Shown in pieces: positions 1-9,802 of a stretch of 53,246 nt of DNA. This stretch comes from a virus (Duplodnaviria > Caudoviricetes). The notes beneath the pieces were generated by a model. That model was not told where the DNA came from, did no database searches, and worked only from the letters and a program-made list of their open reading frames with translations. Position 1 is the stretch's first letter. The number at the start of each line of letters is the position of its first letter. The stretch is from positions 1 to 53,246 of the IMG/VR virus record IMGVR_UViG_3300042945_002100; one strand, given 5' to 3'. The position numbers and the translations under genes are program-made.

Positions 1-2
1 TC

Positions 3-257
3 GATCAGGCATACACATTTGCCAAGCAAGGACTAAAGTGCCGTTGTCCCGAGGCTGCTCTCTTTATTGCGGCTCCTGTCTATGAATGGATGCTTTTGGA
101 CGAATTTGCGATTGCATCATATTGGACGGGACATTTCAAGGAATCTCGACAGGCTTCAATTGCTCTGTTGCAATCCGGCAAGTATCCGCCTGACCAAAAG
201 GAAAGAATTGAGGCAAATCTCAAGTTTGCCACAGAGGAATTGATGAACGGAGGCTAA
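3..257 (+). CDS. C-terminal fragment of a TPR-containing glycosyltransferase-like protein (5' partial)
   Basis: Open frame from base 3 reads DQAYTFAKQG...LFIAAPVYEWMLLDEFAIASYWTGHFKE...RIEANLKF, resembling the TPR tail of phage GT2-TPR proteins. Stop overlaps the next ATG (TAATG). The catalytic domain is outside the window. Confidence 0.5.
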   Translation, partial: DQAYTFAKQGLKCRCPEAALFIAAPVYEWMLLDEFAIASYWTGHFKESRQASIALLQSGKYPPDQKERIEANLKFATEELMNGG

Positions 258-1063
258 TGCCCGCCTTTCCTCCAAGAATTCACATTCCTAGAGAGGGTGG
301 ATCGGACTCCATACGATCCACCCTCTCTCTTGGTTATTCTGCGTCGTTTGGTTCTGGAACCATTGTTTCTGTCGATAGGAATGACGGAAGAATTCGTCCC
401 TTTTCATCAAGTCATCCAAATGATCCAATCATAGGAATGGTTGAAAAGGCACATCCTCCAATGAATACCGAAATCGATGTAGTGATGTCGGGATTAATTA
501 ACATAGAGTGGATTGAGCGAGGAAAGACTTATTTTTTGACGAAGGATGGATTGTTGACGGACCATGGAGGTATACCGGTACTTCATGGTCTGAGAGATGG
601 ACAAGGTCTTTTTGTTCGTCCTCAACAGGAGGCCATTGCACCGATTCCTACCGGCACATTAATGCAGTTTTGCGGCATATCTCCTCCTGAAGGATGGATG
701 TTGTGCAACGGGTCATTGATAGAACAATCTTTATTTCCAAGGCTCCATGCGGTGCTGATTGAGTCTGCAAAAACAATGACTTTGAAATCCGTAAGTTTTT
801 CCAAAGAATTTGCAATATTTGCCTATGAAGGCACAATTACAGCAGGAACAAAGATATTCATGTCAACTTTGGGGTGGAGAGGAATTGTTCATGTCATGTC
901 GTGCGGAAACGGACTGTTAACGGTAACGGTCAATTCAAATCAAGAGTTTCCCTTGATGAGTCAAGCAATCGCAAGCCCATGTGAATTCTCTCCGGTCGAT
1001 GCCGCACATGCCTTTCTTCCCAATATAGAAAGCAGCGACTTCAGGTGGATAATCAAAATTTGA
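257..1063 (+). CDS. Tail fibre-associated protein with phage tail-collar domain
   Basis: Collar motif IPTGTLMQFCGISPPEGWMLCNGSLIEQSLFPRLHAVL. Confidence 0.7.
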   Translation: MPAFPPRIHIPREGGSDSIRSTLSLGYSASFGSGTIVSVDRNDGRIRPFSSSHPNDPIIGMVEKAHPPMNTEIDVVMSGLINIEWIERGKTYFLTKDGLLTDHGGIPVLHGLRDGQGLFVRPQQEAIAPIPTGTLMQFCGISPPEGWMLCNGSLIEQSLFPRLHAVLIESAKTMTLKSVSFSKEFAIFAYEGTITAGTKIFMSTLGWRGIVHVMSCGNGLLTVTVNSNQEFPLMSQAIASPCEFSPVDAAHAFLPNIESSDFRWIIKI

Positions 1064-1078
1064 AGCATTCGATGAAGT

Positions 1079-1085
1079 CTAAATA
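1079..1085 (+). promoter_or_regulatory. T4-type late promoter (CTAAATA) for gp13-gp17
   Basis: Intergenic CTAAATA followed by GGAGG and ATG; the motif recurs before structural genes. Confidence 0.7.
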
Positions 1086-1101
1086 GCATCGGAGGATTCC
1101 G

Positions 1102-1947
1102 ATGGCTGCAATCAACACGCGACAAAAACTGGTGGATTATTGCTTTCGGCAACTTGGCGCACCGGTTGTCGAAATAAATGTTGACGATGAACAAGTAGAT
1201 GATAGAGTCGATGATGCCCTTAGATACATGTCGGAATACCATTTTGATGGAGTCGAAAGGGTATACCTCAAATATCAACTGACTCAAGCAGACATTGATC
1301 GAAAATACCTGTTACTTGAAGCCGACAATTCATCAAGTTTGAGTTACGCAGATCGATATCAGACGATGACCGAAGCAGGATTAACAGGCGGAACTCCTGC
1401 TCACTTGTCGGGCGGTGTTGTCCCGATTGATAACTTGATCACAAGCGTAACAAAGATATTTCACATATCTCAGCAAACCATCGATATGTTCGATGTTCGC
1501 TATCAGTATGCCTTGAATGATCTTTATACATTCGGAACGATTGACCTGATCCAATATGATTTGACGCAGCAATATCTTTCCTTGTTGCGACAGTTCCTTT
1601 CTCCCGAAAAGCAAGTCGAATTCAGTCGTGTGACAAATCGTCTTGAGATTCACATGGATTGGAAAATTGTAAAACCTGGAGCATATCTTATTATTGAGTG
1701 TTATCGCATTCTTGATCCCCGCGTACACCCTGAAATATACGAGGACAGAATGTTGAAGAAATACCTCACCGCACTCATCAAGCGGCAATGGGGCGTGAAT
1801 ATGAGCAAGTACAGCGGCATCAAGATGCCAGGTGATGTTACGCTTCGCGGAGTGGACATTGCCACGGAAGCACAAAAAGAAATAGATGAAATCGAAAAGG
1901 AAATCATCACGAAATACGAACTTCCTGTTGATTTCATGATGGGATAA
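1102..1947 (+). CDS. gp13: Neck protein gp13
   Basis: LVDYCFRQLGAPVVEINVDDEQVDDRVDDAL, LKKYLTALIKRQWGVNMSKY, ELPVDFMMG; synteny. Confidence 0.92.
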   Translation: MAAINTRQKLVDYCFRQLGAPVVEINVDDEQVDDRVDDALRYMSEYHFDGVERVYLKYQLTQADIDRKYLLLEADNSSSLSYADRYQTMTEAGLTGGTPAHLSGGVVPIDNLITSVTKIFHISQQTIDMFDVRYQYALNDLYTFGTIDLIQYDLTQQYLSLLRQFLSPEKQVEFSRVTNRLEIHMDWKIVKPGAYLIIECYRILDPRVHPEIYEDRMLKKYLTALIKRQWGVNMSKYSGIKMPGDVTLRGVDIATEAQKEIDEIEKEIITKYELPVDFMMG

Positions 1948-1948
1948 A

Positions 1949-2821
1949 ATGGCAGTAAATCCATATTTCAACAAGTTCAAGAATCTTTCCGAGCAAAATC
2001 TCGTGGAGGATTTGACCATAGAGGCCATAAAGATTCATGGCATGGAGATGTACTATATCCCGAGAACAATGGTTCACAAGGATGATTTCTTCGGTGAAGC
2101 GGCGTATTCAAGATTCAATTCATTCAAAATGATAGAGATGTACATGGACACCACCACGGCATTTGAGGGTGGTGACCAATTCACTAAGTTTGGCTTTGAG
2201 GTGAGAGATAGCGTGAAGTTCACGGTTTCTCGCAAGCGATTCAAAAGAGAAACCGGAATGGCAAGACCAATGGAGGGCGATCTTCTTTTCTTGCCCCTCA
2301 ACAAAGGTTTGTTTGAGATTAAGTTCGTAGAACATGAAAATCCATTCTATCAATTAGGCAAACTTCATTCCTACCAGATGACTTGCGAACTTTTCCAATA
2401 CAGCGAGGAAAAGTTGAATACGGGAATACCCGAAATAGATGCGGTAGAGGAAGTTGCATTCAAACTTCAACTCACACTAGGAGCAACAAGTGGAACAGGA
2501 ACTTTTGCAAAAGGCGACTTCGTTTATCAGCCTTCGGGTGGGTCGATTACGGGAAACTTTTCGACGGCGACTTCAAAAGCAACCGTATATTCTTGGAACC
2601 CGCAGCAACCGTCGAGTATGGTTCTGGTGGATTCGCTTGGCGGCTGGAGTCTCACGGGAGGATATGTAACAAAGTCGGACAACACAGCATATTACCCTAT
2701 TGCAGCATCAGGAAGCACGGAGGCATTCGGTACGCTTGTAGACAATTCCAATGCCGCCATACAGGCAGAAGCCGATGGCTTCCTGAACTTTGATGAGAAT
2801 CACCCATTCGGAGAGCCTTGA
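1949..2821 (+). CDS. gp14: Neck protein gp14 with C-terminal extension
   Basis: NPYF..EQNLVEDLTIEAIKIHG, RPMEGDLLFLP, FEIKFVEHENPFYQLGK, FDENHPFGEP. Confidence 0.92.
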   Translation: MAVNPYFNKFKNLSEQNLVEDLTIEAIKIHGMEMYYIPRTMVHKDDFFGEAAYSRFNSFKMIEMYMDTTTAFEGGDQFTKFGFEVRDSVKFTVSRKRFKRETGMARPMEGDLLFLPLNKGLFEIKFVEHENPFYQLGKLHSYQMTCELFQYSEEKLNTGIPEIDAVEEVAFKLQLTLGATSGTGTFAKGDFVYQPSGGSITGNFSTATSKATVYSWNPQQPSSMVLVDSLGGWSLTGGYVTKSDNTAYYPIAASGSTEAFGTLVDNSNAAIQAEADGFLNFDENHPFGEP

Positions 2822-3615
2822 TGTTCGAATATTACTATCATGGCACTATAAGAAAGGCAGTTGTTGCCTTTGCCAATCTCTTCAACAACATTCATATTGC
2901 AAGATACGACTCAAGCAAAGTGGAAGTTGAAAGAATAAAGGTTCCCATTGCATATGGTCCAAGGCAGAAATTCATCAGGAGACTTGAAAGAATCGGAACA
3001 GATTTTGATCAAGCGGCAGTTAAGTTAGAAACATATCTTCCAAGACTTTCGTTTGAGATGCAAAACATCACATTCGATTCCTCTCGAAAATTGTCAACGA
3101 TGAATTCAACGGTTGCTGCACTCAATGCAAATCAATTAAAAAGAAGATATGAGCGGGTTCCTTATAACATTGATCTTTCGTTGAGCATCATGACAAAAAA
3201 TACGGAGGATGCATTACAGATATTTGAGCAAATCATTCCTTACTTTCAGCCCGATTACACGGTTTCTATCAACATGAATGAAACCGACATGGATGTGGAT
3301 GTTCCTGTTGTATTCAAGAATGCAATACTATCTGAAGGCGATGATGGAAGTTATGGTGATTACGGGACAAGAAAAGTCACAATCATGACTCTTTCGTTCA
3401 CCATGAAACTGTATCTGTATGGACCGATTAAGGCGGCACCCGTCATTCGTTCCGTGGAAGCATCGTTTACTGCTCGCGGCGGAACCGGAAACATAACAGC
3501 AGCATACGGACCTTCAGGATCAAATCATAAAGTTACAGTACAAGCCGTGACAGGAGCCACAGGATACACGCCAGGAACGACAGGTCAGGTAGTGGTCAAT
3601 ATCACTACATTCTGA
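2821..3615 (+). CDS. gp15: Tail sheath stabiliser/completion protein gp15
   Basis: YYHGTIRKAVVAFANLFNNI, IKVPIAYGPRQKF, LPRLSFE, VPYNI, EQIIPYFQP. Confidence 0.92.
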   Translation: MFEYYYHGTIRKAVVAFANLFNNIHIARYDSSKVEVERIKVPIAYGPRQKFIRRLERIGTDFDQAAVKLETYLPRLSFEMQNITFDSSRKLSTMNSTVAALNANQLKRRYERVPYNIDLSLSIMTKNTEDALQIFEQIIPYFQPDYTVSINMNETDMDVDVPVVFKNAILSEGDDGSYGDYGTRKVTIMTLSFTMKLYLYGPIKAAPVIRSVEASFTARGGTGNITAAYGPSGSNHKVTVQAVTGATGYTPGTTGQVVVNITTF

Positions 3616-3628
3616 AAGAGGATTCATC

Positions 3629-4093
3629 ATGGGAAATGTTGACGAAAATTTGTCTGATGCTTTGAACTTGCCGAAACCCGAACCTGCAAAGGAACCGACC
3701 ACAATTCAGACAGAGGTCAAGAGTGTAAAAGTCAATAGAGTCGATGCAGACAGAGACTATTCCGAAGTCAGGGACAATCTCAAACGGATAATAGAGAAAT
3801 CCGAAGAAGCAATAGAGAATATTCTTGAAGTTGCCGTTGAAAGCCAGAATCCCCGTGCTTACGAGGTTGTTGCTCAGTTGATATCCGCTTCTCTTGAAGC
3901 AAACAATAAATTGATGCATCTTCACAAGCAGATCAAGGATATCAAGAAGGAAGAACCTGGTAAAACTACAAATGTCACAAACAACAGCATATTCGTAGGA
4001 AACACTGCTGATTTGCAAAAAATGATAAGAAACATGAACAACAAGATGATTGCCGATCAAACGGAGAACGACGATGCCTCGCAAACAGGGTGA
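3629..4093 (+). CDS. gp16: Terminase small subunit gp16
   Basis: DYSEVRDNL, PRAYEVVAQLI, NNSIFVGNTADLQK. Confidence 0.9.
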   Translation: MGNVDENLSDALNLPKPEPAKEPTTIQTEVKSVKVNRVDADRDYSEVRDNLKRIIEKSEEAIENILEVAVESQNPRAYEVVAQLISASLEANNKLMHLHKQIKDIKKEEPGKTTNVTNNSIFVGNTADLQKMIRNMNNKMIADQTENDDASQTG

Positions 4094-5768
4094 TAGTTAT
4101 CTCGGAAATCCCCTGATCAAGGGACCAAATGTTCAGGTGCAATACACCAATGAGGAGTTGGCGGAATATGTTCGTTGCTCCAAGGATCCTATTCATTTTC
4201 TTGAAACTTATATGAAGATAGTTTCCCTTGATCAAGGTCCAATTGTCTTCAAAATGTATCCCTTTCAAAAGAGAATCGTCAAAGCAATTCACAGCAATCG
4301 TTTTGTGATTTCCAAGATACCCCGTCAGAGCGGGAAGTCCACAGTCATGCTTGGATACATTCTTCACAGCATACTGTTCATTCCGAACTATAAGGTTGCC
4401 ATTCTCGCCAATAAATTGAAGACTGCTAGCGAATTGTTGAGCAGACTGAAATTTGCGTATGAAAATCTTCCAAAATGGATGCAGCAAGGGGTTATAGAGT
4501 GGAACAAATTGAGTTTTACCTTGGAGAATGGATCGAAAGTAGTCTCTGCCGCAACGAGTGCATCCGCAGTTCGTGGAGACAGTTTCAACTTTCTTTTGCT
4601 CGATGAGTTTGCACATATTCCCGAAAATATAGCGCAAGAATTCTTTTCATCTGTTTACCCAACAATTTCATCAGGAAAGACCTCAAAGGTCGTAATTGTG
4701 TCCACACCTCGTGGCATGAACATGTTCTATAAGTTGTGGAAGGATGCAGAGGCAGGAAGAAATCAGTACATACCCATAGAAGCAAAATGGAGTGAGGTGC
4801 CTGGCAGAGATTCTAAATGGAAGGAAATCACAAGAAAAAGCCTGTCCAACGAAAGACTTTGGTATCAGGAATATGAATGCGAATTTCTTGGTTCGGAAGA
4901 CACCCTCATCAAAGCATCCAAGATATCCTCATTGGCACATGAGCAGCCAATATTTCAAAATGAAGAAGGGTTAATTGTTTACAAGGCACCAATCAAAAAT
5001 CACATTTATGCAATGTGCGTAGACACTTCCCGTGGTCAAGGACAGGACTATCATGCTGTAACCGTGGTGGATGCAACGCAAATGCCATATGAAGTCGTGG
5101 CTCGATTCAGAAACAATGTGATGCCCGTAATGATATTCCCCAATCTTATTGAGGTTCTTGGCAATCGATACAACGAAGCATATGCACTGATTGAATTGAA
5201 CGACACGGGACAACAGGTCTCTGACATTCTTCGTGAAGAACTTGAATACGAAAATATCATTAACATCACTGTAAAAGGCAAAAAAGGACAAAAAGCAGGA
5301 GAAGGATTTGGTACGGGAAGAGTTCAGTATGGCATCAAAATGTCAAATCAAACAAAGAAGACAGGGTGTCTGGTTCTCAAGGAAATGATTGAACATGACA
5401 AAATTCTGTTGAATGATTTTGACATCATTGCAGAACTTTCAACTTATGTTGCGAAAGGTGTTTCGTATGAAGCAAGTCCTGGATACAATGATGACTTGAT
5501 TTCAACGCTCGTTATGTTTGGATGGCTTACTACACAACCATATTTTAAAGATATTGTCAACACAGACATACGGCGCAAATTGTTTGAAGATAAACTGAAA
5601 AAACTTGAAGAAGATCTTGTTCCGTTTGGGTTTTTAGAAATTGGCGAGGACAGCGAAAGAACGCAGGATGAAATAGATTTGGGAAGAGAAATGACCCCAA
5701 AACAAGAGCGTCTACAACAAAACAGCCCATTCAACGATGAGCCATTCTACGGAGGGGCTAACTGGTAG
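4074..5768 (+). CDS. gp17: Terminase large subunit gp17
   Basis: YLGNP, Walker A PRQSGKST, Walker B LLLDEFAH, VSTPRG, nuclease motifs VDTSRG and NDDL. Confidence 0.96.
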   Translation: MPRKQGDSYLGNPLIKGPNVQVQYTNEELAEYVRCSKDPIHFLETYMKIVSLDQGPIVFKMYPFQKRIVKAIHSNRFVISKIPRQSGKSTVMLGYILHSILFIPNYKVAILANKLKTASELLSRLKFAYENLPKWMQQGVIEWNKLSFTLENGSKVVSAATSASAVRGDSFNFLLLDEFAHIPENIAQEFFSSVYPTISSGKTSKVVIVSTPRGMNMFYKLWKDAEAGRNQYIPIEAKWSEVPGRDSKWKEITRKSLSNERLWYQEYECEFLGSEDTLIKASKISSLAHEQPIFQNEEGLIVYKAPIKNHIYAMCVDTSRGQGQDYHAVTVVDATQMPYEVVARFRNNVMPVMIFPNLIEVLGNRYNEAYALIELNDTGQQVSDILREELEYENIINITVKGKKGQKAGEGFGTGRVQYGIKMSNQTKKTGCLVLKEMIEHDKILLNDFDIIAELSTYVAKGVSYEASPGYNDDLISTLVMFGWLTTQPYFKDIVNTDIRRKLFEDKLKKLEEDLVPFGFLEIGEDSERTQDEIDLGREMTPKQERLQQNSPFNDEPFYGGANW

Positions 5769-5773
5769 AAATG

Positions 5774-5780
5774 CTAAATA
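5774..5780 (+). promoter_or_regulatory. Late promoter for gp18
   Basis: Intergenic CTAAATA. Confidence 0.7.
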
Positions 5781-5822
5781 AAGTCGTTCGCAACTTTTGA
5801 ATAATCACAGGAGACCGCCCTT

Positions 5823-7613
5823 ATGGGATTCCAAATCAGTCCTGGCGTAACAATCACTGAACGAGACTTGACCACGATCATTCCTGCGGTGGCTACCACA
5901 AATGCCGGTATTGCAGGCTATTTCAAGTGGGGTCCGGCAGATCAGCGCGTAATCGTGACCGATGTCGCCAATCTTGTCGCTCTTTACGGCACCCCCAACG
6001 ATGACAACTTCAAGTATTGGTTCAGCGCAGCCAACTTCCTAGGCTATGGAAACAATCTTCAGGTTGTTCGTGTCACCACAGCCGGAGCATCGGCAGGCAA
6101 TGCAGGACAAACCGGATCACAAGGATACATTCCTAACAGTGATACTGATCTTCCTACAGTTAGCACTTCTTCGGGCATGTTCTTTGGAAAGTATCCAGGA
6201 TCTCTTGGAAACAGTCTTGCTATCGAAATTTGTGGTGCTGACGCTGGTCTAACCGCCTTCAATGCATGGACTTACAGTTCTCAATTTGATTCGGTTCCAA
6301 ATACTTCCTATTATGCAGGAACAACTCTTGGCTTGACTGACGCAAATGATGAATTCCATCTTGTCGTTCTTGATCGCCTTGGTCAATTTAGCGGAACAAT
6401 AGACACGGTTCTTGAAAGATTTCAGGGTCTTTCGCTTGATCCAAATGCAATCGAGCAAGATGGAACGAATGCGTATTTCAAGAGCAAAATAAACAACGAG
6501 TCTAAGTATATCGGAGTCGCGGGTTCAATCTCGTCATTTGCGTCCGCTCCTTTCATTGCGGGAGCAGTGACAGGTTCTGGCTTGACAGCAGGAACCAACA
6601 ATGGCGTTGGAACATGGAGTTTCAACCCTTCATCTGTAACAGGCAGCAGATATGACACAGGTTCTACAACCGGTGTAACTGCAACAGGCATTTTCCGTCT
6701 TAATCTTCAAGGTGGAACCGGTGAATTTGAATCGTCAGGCAGTCAGTTGTTTGCAACAGGAAGAGGTTATAATCTCTTTGCAGATCCAGACCAGTCTGAT
6801 GTATCTCTTCTGATTGGTGGACCAATCGATGTCACGAATGTTGGAAGCCTTCGTGATATCGTAAATGCAAGAAAGGATTGCGTGGCATTTGTCTCGCCCG
6901 TAATTAATAATGCATCCACAGATGAAGCCACTAAGTTGTCCACAGCCAAGACTTTCAGAAATGCTGTGGGTAACTCTTCCTATACCGTAATCGATACGGG
7001 CTACAAGTATCAATATGATTCGTACAATGACACTTATCGATATGTGCCGCTGAACGCAGACATTGCCGGTCTTTGCGCTCGTACAGACCTTACCAACGAT
7101 CCTTGGTATTCGCCTGCGGGATTCAATCGTGGGGTGGTTCGAAACACGATTCGCCTTGCATATAATCCCAATAAGACTCACCGCGATGAACTGTATCAGA
7201 ACGCCATCAATCCTGTTATCACCATGCCAGGAGAGGGAACTTTGCTGTTCGGTGATAAAACCGCGCAGACCAAGCCCTCGGCATTTGACCGCATCAATGT
7301 TCGTCGTTTGTTCATCGTACTTGAGAAGGCAATTGCAACGGCTGCCAAATACAGCCTTTTCGAATTCAACGATGCCTTCACACGCTCACAATTCCGCTCG
7401 ATGGTTGAACCGTTCTTGCGCGATGTGCAAAATCGTCGTGGTATTACTGACTTCCTCGTCAAGTGCGATGAGTCAAATAACACGGCTGAAGTCATAGATG
7501 GCAATCGGTTTGTTGCAGACATCTACATCAGACCTGCCCGTAGCATCAATTTCATCCAATTGAATTTCATTGCTACCAAGACAGGTGTTTCGTTCACAGA
7601 GGTAGGCGGTTAA
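5823..7613 (+). CDS. gp18: Tail sheath protein gp18
   Basis: FQISPGVTITERDLT, PWYSPAGFNRG, SAFDRINVRRLF, RPARSINFIQLNF. Confidence 0.96.
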   Translation: MGFQISPGVTITERDLTTIIPAVATTNAGIAGYFKWGPADQRVIVTDVANLVALYGTPNDDNFKYWFSAANFLGYGNNLQVVRVTTAGASAGNAGQTGSQGYIPNSDTDLPTVSTSSGMFFGKYPGSLGNSLAIEICGADAGLTAFNAWTYSSQFDSVPNTSYYAGTTLGLTDANDEFHLVVLDRLGQFSGTIDTVLERFQGLSLDPNAIEQDGTNAYFKSKINNESKYIGVAGSISSFASAPFIAGAVTGSGLTAGTNNGVGTWSFNPSSVTGSRYDTGSTTGVTATGIFRLNLQGGTGEFESSGSQLFATGRGYNLFADPDQSDVSLLIGGPIDVTNVGSLRDIVNARKDCVAFVSPVINNASTDEATKLSTAKTFRNAVGNSSYTVIDTGYKYQYDSYNDTYRYVPLNADIAGLCARTDLTNDPWYSPAGFNRGVVRNTIRLAYNPNKTHRDELYQNAINPVITMPGEGTLLFGDKTAQTKPSAFDRINVRRLFIVLEKAIATAAKYSLFEFNDAFTRSQFRSMVEPFLRDVQNRRGITDFLVKCDESNNTAEVIDGNRFVADIYIRPARSINFIQLNFIATKTGVSFTEVGG

Positions 7614-7619
7614 TCACCC

Positions 7620-7626
7620 CTAAATA
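7620..7626 (+). promoter_or_regulatory. Late promoter for gp19/gp20
   Basis: Intergenic CTAAATA followed by AAGGAG. Confidence 0.7.
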
Positions 7627-7644
7627 AGGAAAAGGAGACCTTAA

Positions 7645-8277
7645 ATGGCATACAGCCAATTCAGCATAGACGCTTTCCGAGCAAACCTTATTAATGGTGG
7701 TGCGAGAGACAACCTTTATCTGGTAACAGGTTCATTTCCAAGCGGAGGATCTCGTGCCATTAATGCAGCAGCAGGCGTGGCAGGAGCAATCTTTGGAACT
7801 GCCGCAGCAGGAGCAATCAGTTCTGTCGGTGGCCTTTTGAACAACGGCAACTCCAACAGTCAGATTACCTTTCTCTGCAAAGGGGCTAAGATTCCTGCTT
7901 CAAAATTGACTGAAGGTACGGCTAACTTCATGGGCAGAACCATGAAGTTTCCTGCTGACCGGTCTTATGATAACTGGGGTCTTACTGTTTACAACGACGG
8001 TTCCTACAACCTACGCAAGTCGTTTGAATCTTGGTCCAACCTCATTAATTCGTATCAGAGTAATGTTGGTCCCAACAACTTCAACTCGTATTTGATGGAT
8101 TGGGCGGTTCAGCCCCTTACTCGCGAAGGAAACGCAATCTGCACCTATAAGTTCATTGGTTGCTTTCCTGCAACTGTTGGCGAAGTTAGTCTTTCGTTCG
8201 AGAGTAAGTCAAACATTTCTGAATTCACAGTTGATCTTTCTTATCAATATTATGAACTAGTCGGCACATCAACCTGA
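7645..8277 (+). CDS. gp19: Tail tube protein gp19
   Basis: GGARDNLY, FMGRTMKFPADRSYDNW, YKFIGCFP, ISEFTVDLSYQY; synteny. Confidence 0.92.
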   Translation: MAYSQFSIDAFRANLINGGARDNLYLVTGSFPSGGSRAINAAAGVAGAIFGTAAAGAISSVGGLLNNGNSNSQITFLCKGAKIPASKLTEGTANFMGRTMKFPADRSYDNWGLTVYNDGSYNLRKSFESWSNLINSYQSNVGPNNFNSYLMDWAVQPLTREGNAICTYKFIGCFPATVGEVSLSFESKSNISEFTVDLSYQYYELVGTST

Positions 8278-8308
8278 TTTCAAGTCAGGCAATAGAGAGG
8301 TTTTAACC

Positions 8309-9802
8309 ATGGAATTGTTCGGCTTTAAATTAGAACGGTCGAAAAAGCAACAATCTGATTTCAAGGCACTTAAGTCGTTCGTGGTCCCCACCACGGACGA
8401 TGGTGCCATTCCGGTCGAGGCTGGCGGATTTTATGGTCAATATGTCGATCTTGATGGTTCTGTCAGAAATGATTTTGAACTAGTTGCAAAATATCGCGAA
8501 ATGTCAATGGATCCTGTCTGCGAAGTTGCCATTGATGATATTGTCAATGAATCCATCGTAACCGAACCAGGCAAAATGCCAATCAAGTTGTCATTTATAA
8601 ACGATTCCACTTTGGCACTTACTCCTAAGATCAAGAACAAAATCGAAGAGGAATTCAAGAACATTCTTCGTTTGATGTCATTCGACACAAAAGGATATGA
8701 AATCTTTCGAAGATGGTATGTGGACGGAAAGATATATTTTCATATCATCGTTGATGAAGAAAAGACGGAAAAGGGAATACTTGAACTTCGATATGTTGAT
8801 CCTCTCAACATACAAAAGATCCGTGAATTCAAGAAGGAAACTCGTCCAGATGGAAACAAGATTATCACGGGATTCCGTGATTTCTATCTTTACAACAAGG
8901 ATAATCCTCGCGTAGGTTCTTCTCAAGGCATAAAAATTAGCGATGATGCAATCGCCTTCTGTTCATCAGGAATGTTTGATAGTCGCTACCGCCGAACGGT
9001 GGGTTTTTTACACAAAGCCATCAAACCGTTGAATCAATTGCGAATGATGGAAGATGCCGTGGTCATCTACCGAATCTCCCGCGCTCCCGAACGCCGCATT
9101 TTCTACATCGATGTAGGCAATCTTCCCAAGACAAAGGCAGAAGCCTATGTCAAGGACATCATGAATCGGTATCGCAACAAGTTGGTATACGATGCCAACA
9201 CGGGCGAGATTCGGGATGACCGCAAGTTCATGTCCATGCTTGAGGACTATTGGTTGCCTCGCCGTGAAGGTTCAAAAGGAACCGAGATCAGCACCCTGTC
9301 CGGCGCACAGAATCTTGGTGAACTTGCCGACATCGTGTATTTTCAGAAGAAGTTGTATCGCGCTCTCAATGTTCCTGTCAGCCGCCTTGAGCAGGACAAG
9401 GGCATTGCCCTCGGAAGATCGTCAGAAATCAATCGTGACGAACTAAAATTCTCAAAATTTGTATCTCGCCTACGCAATAAATTCAATGAACTCATTTTTG
9501 ACCTTCTACGCAAGCAAATCCTACTCAAGAATATCATCACTCCAGATGAATGGCCCTCCATCAAGGAAGTATTGTTCTTGGATTATCTCAAGGATTCTTA
9601 TTATGTGGAAGCCAAGAATGCGGAACTACGCAAGCAGCGCAACGGCGAACTGAATGATATTGAAAAATACATAGGTAAGTATTATTCTCATTATTGGGTT
9701 CGTACACAGGTTCTCGGCATGACTGAAAGCGAAATTGCCGAAATGGATAAGCAAATGTCTGTGGAACGAAACAAGGGAATGTATCCATCAACAGATGGAT
9801 AA
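8309..9802 (+). CDS. gp20: Portal protein gp20
   Basis: FRRWYVDG, MEDAVVIYRISRAPERRIFYIDVGNLPK, EDYWLPRREG. Confidence 0.97.
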   Translation: MELFGFKLERSKKQQSDFKALKSFVVPTTDDGAIPVEAGGFYGQYVDLDGSVRNDFELVAKYREMSMDPVCEVAIDDIVNESIVTEPGKMPIKLSFINDSTLALTPKIKNKIEEEFKNILRLMSFDTKGYEIFRRWYVDGKIYFHIIVDEEKTEKGILELRYVDPLNIQKIREFKKETRPDGNKIITGFRDFYLYNKDNPRVGSSQGIKISDDAIAFCSSGMFDSRYRRTVGFLHKAIKPLNQLRMMEDAVVIYRISRAPERRIFYIDVGNLPKTKAEAYVKDIMNRYRNKLVYDANTGEIRDDRKFMSMLEDYWLPRREGSKGTEISTLSGAQNLGELADIVYFQKKLYRALNVPVSRLEQDKGIALGRSSEINRDELKFSKFVSRLRNKFNELIFDLLRKQILLKNIITPDEWPSIKEVLFLDYLKDSYYVEAKNAELRKQRNGELNDIEKYIGKYYSHYWVRTQVLGMTESEIAEMDKQMSVERNKGMYPSTDG

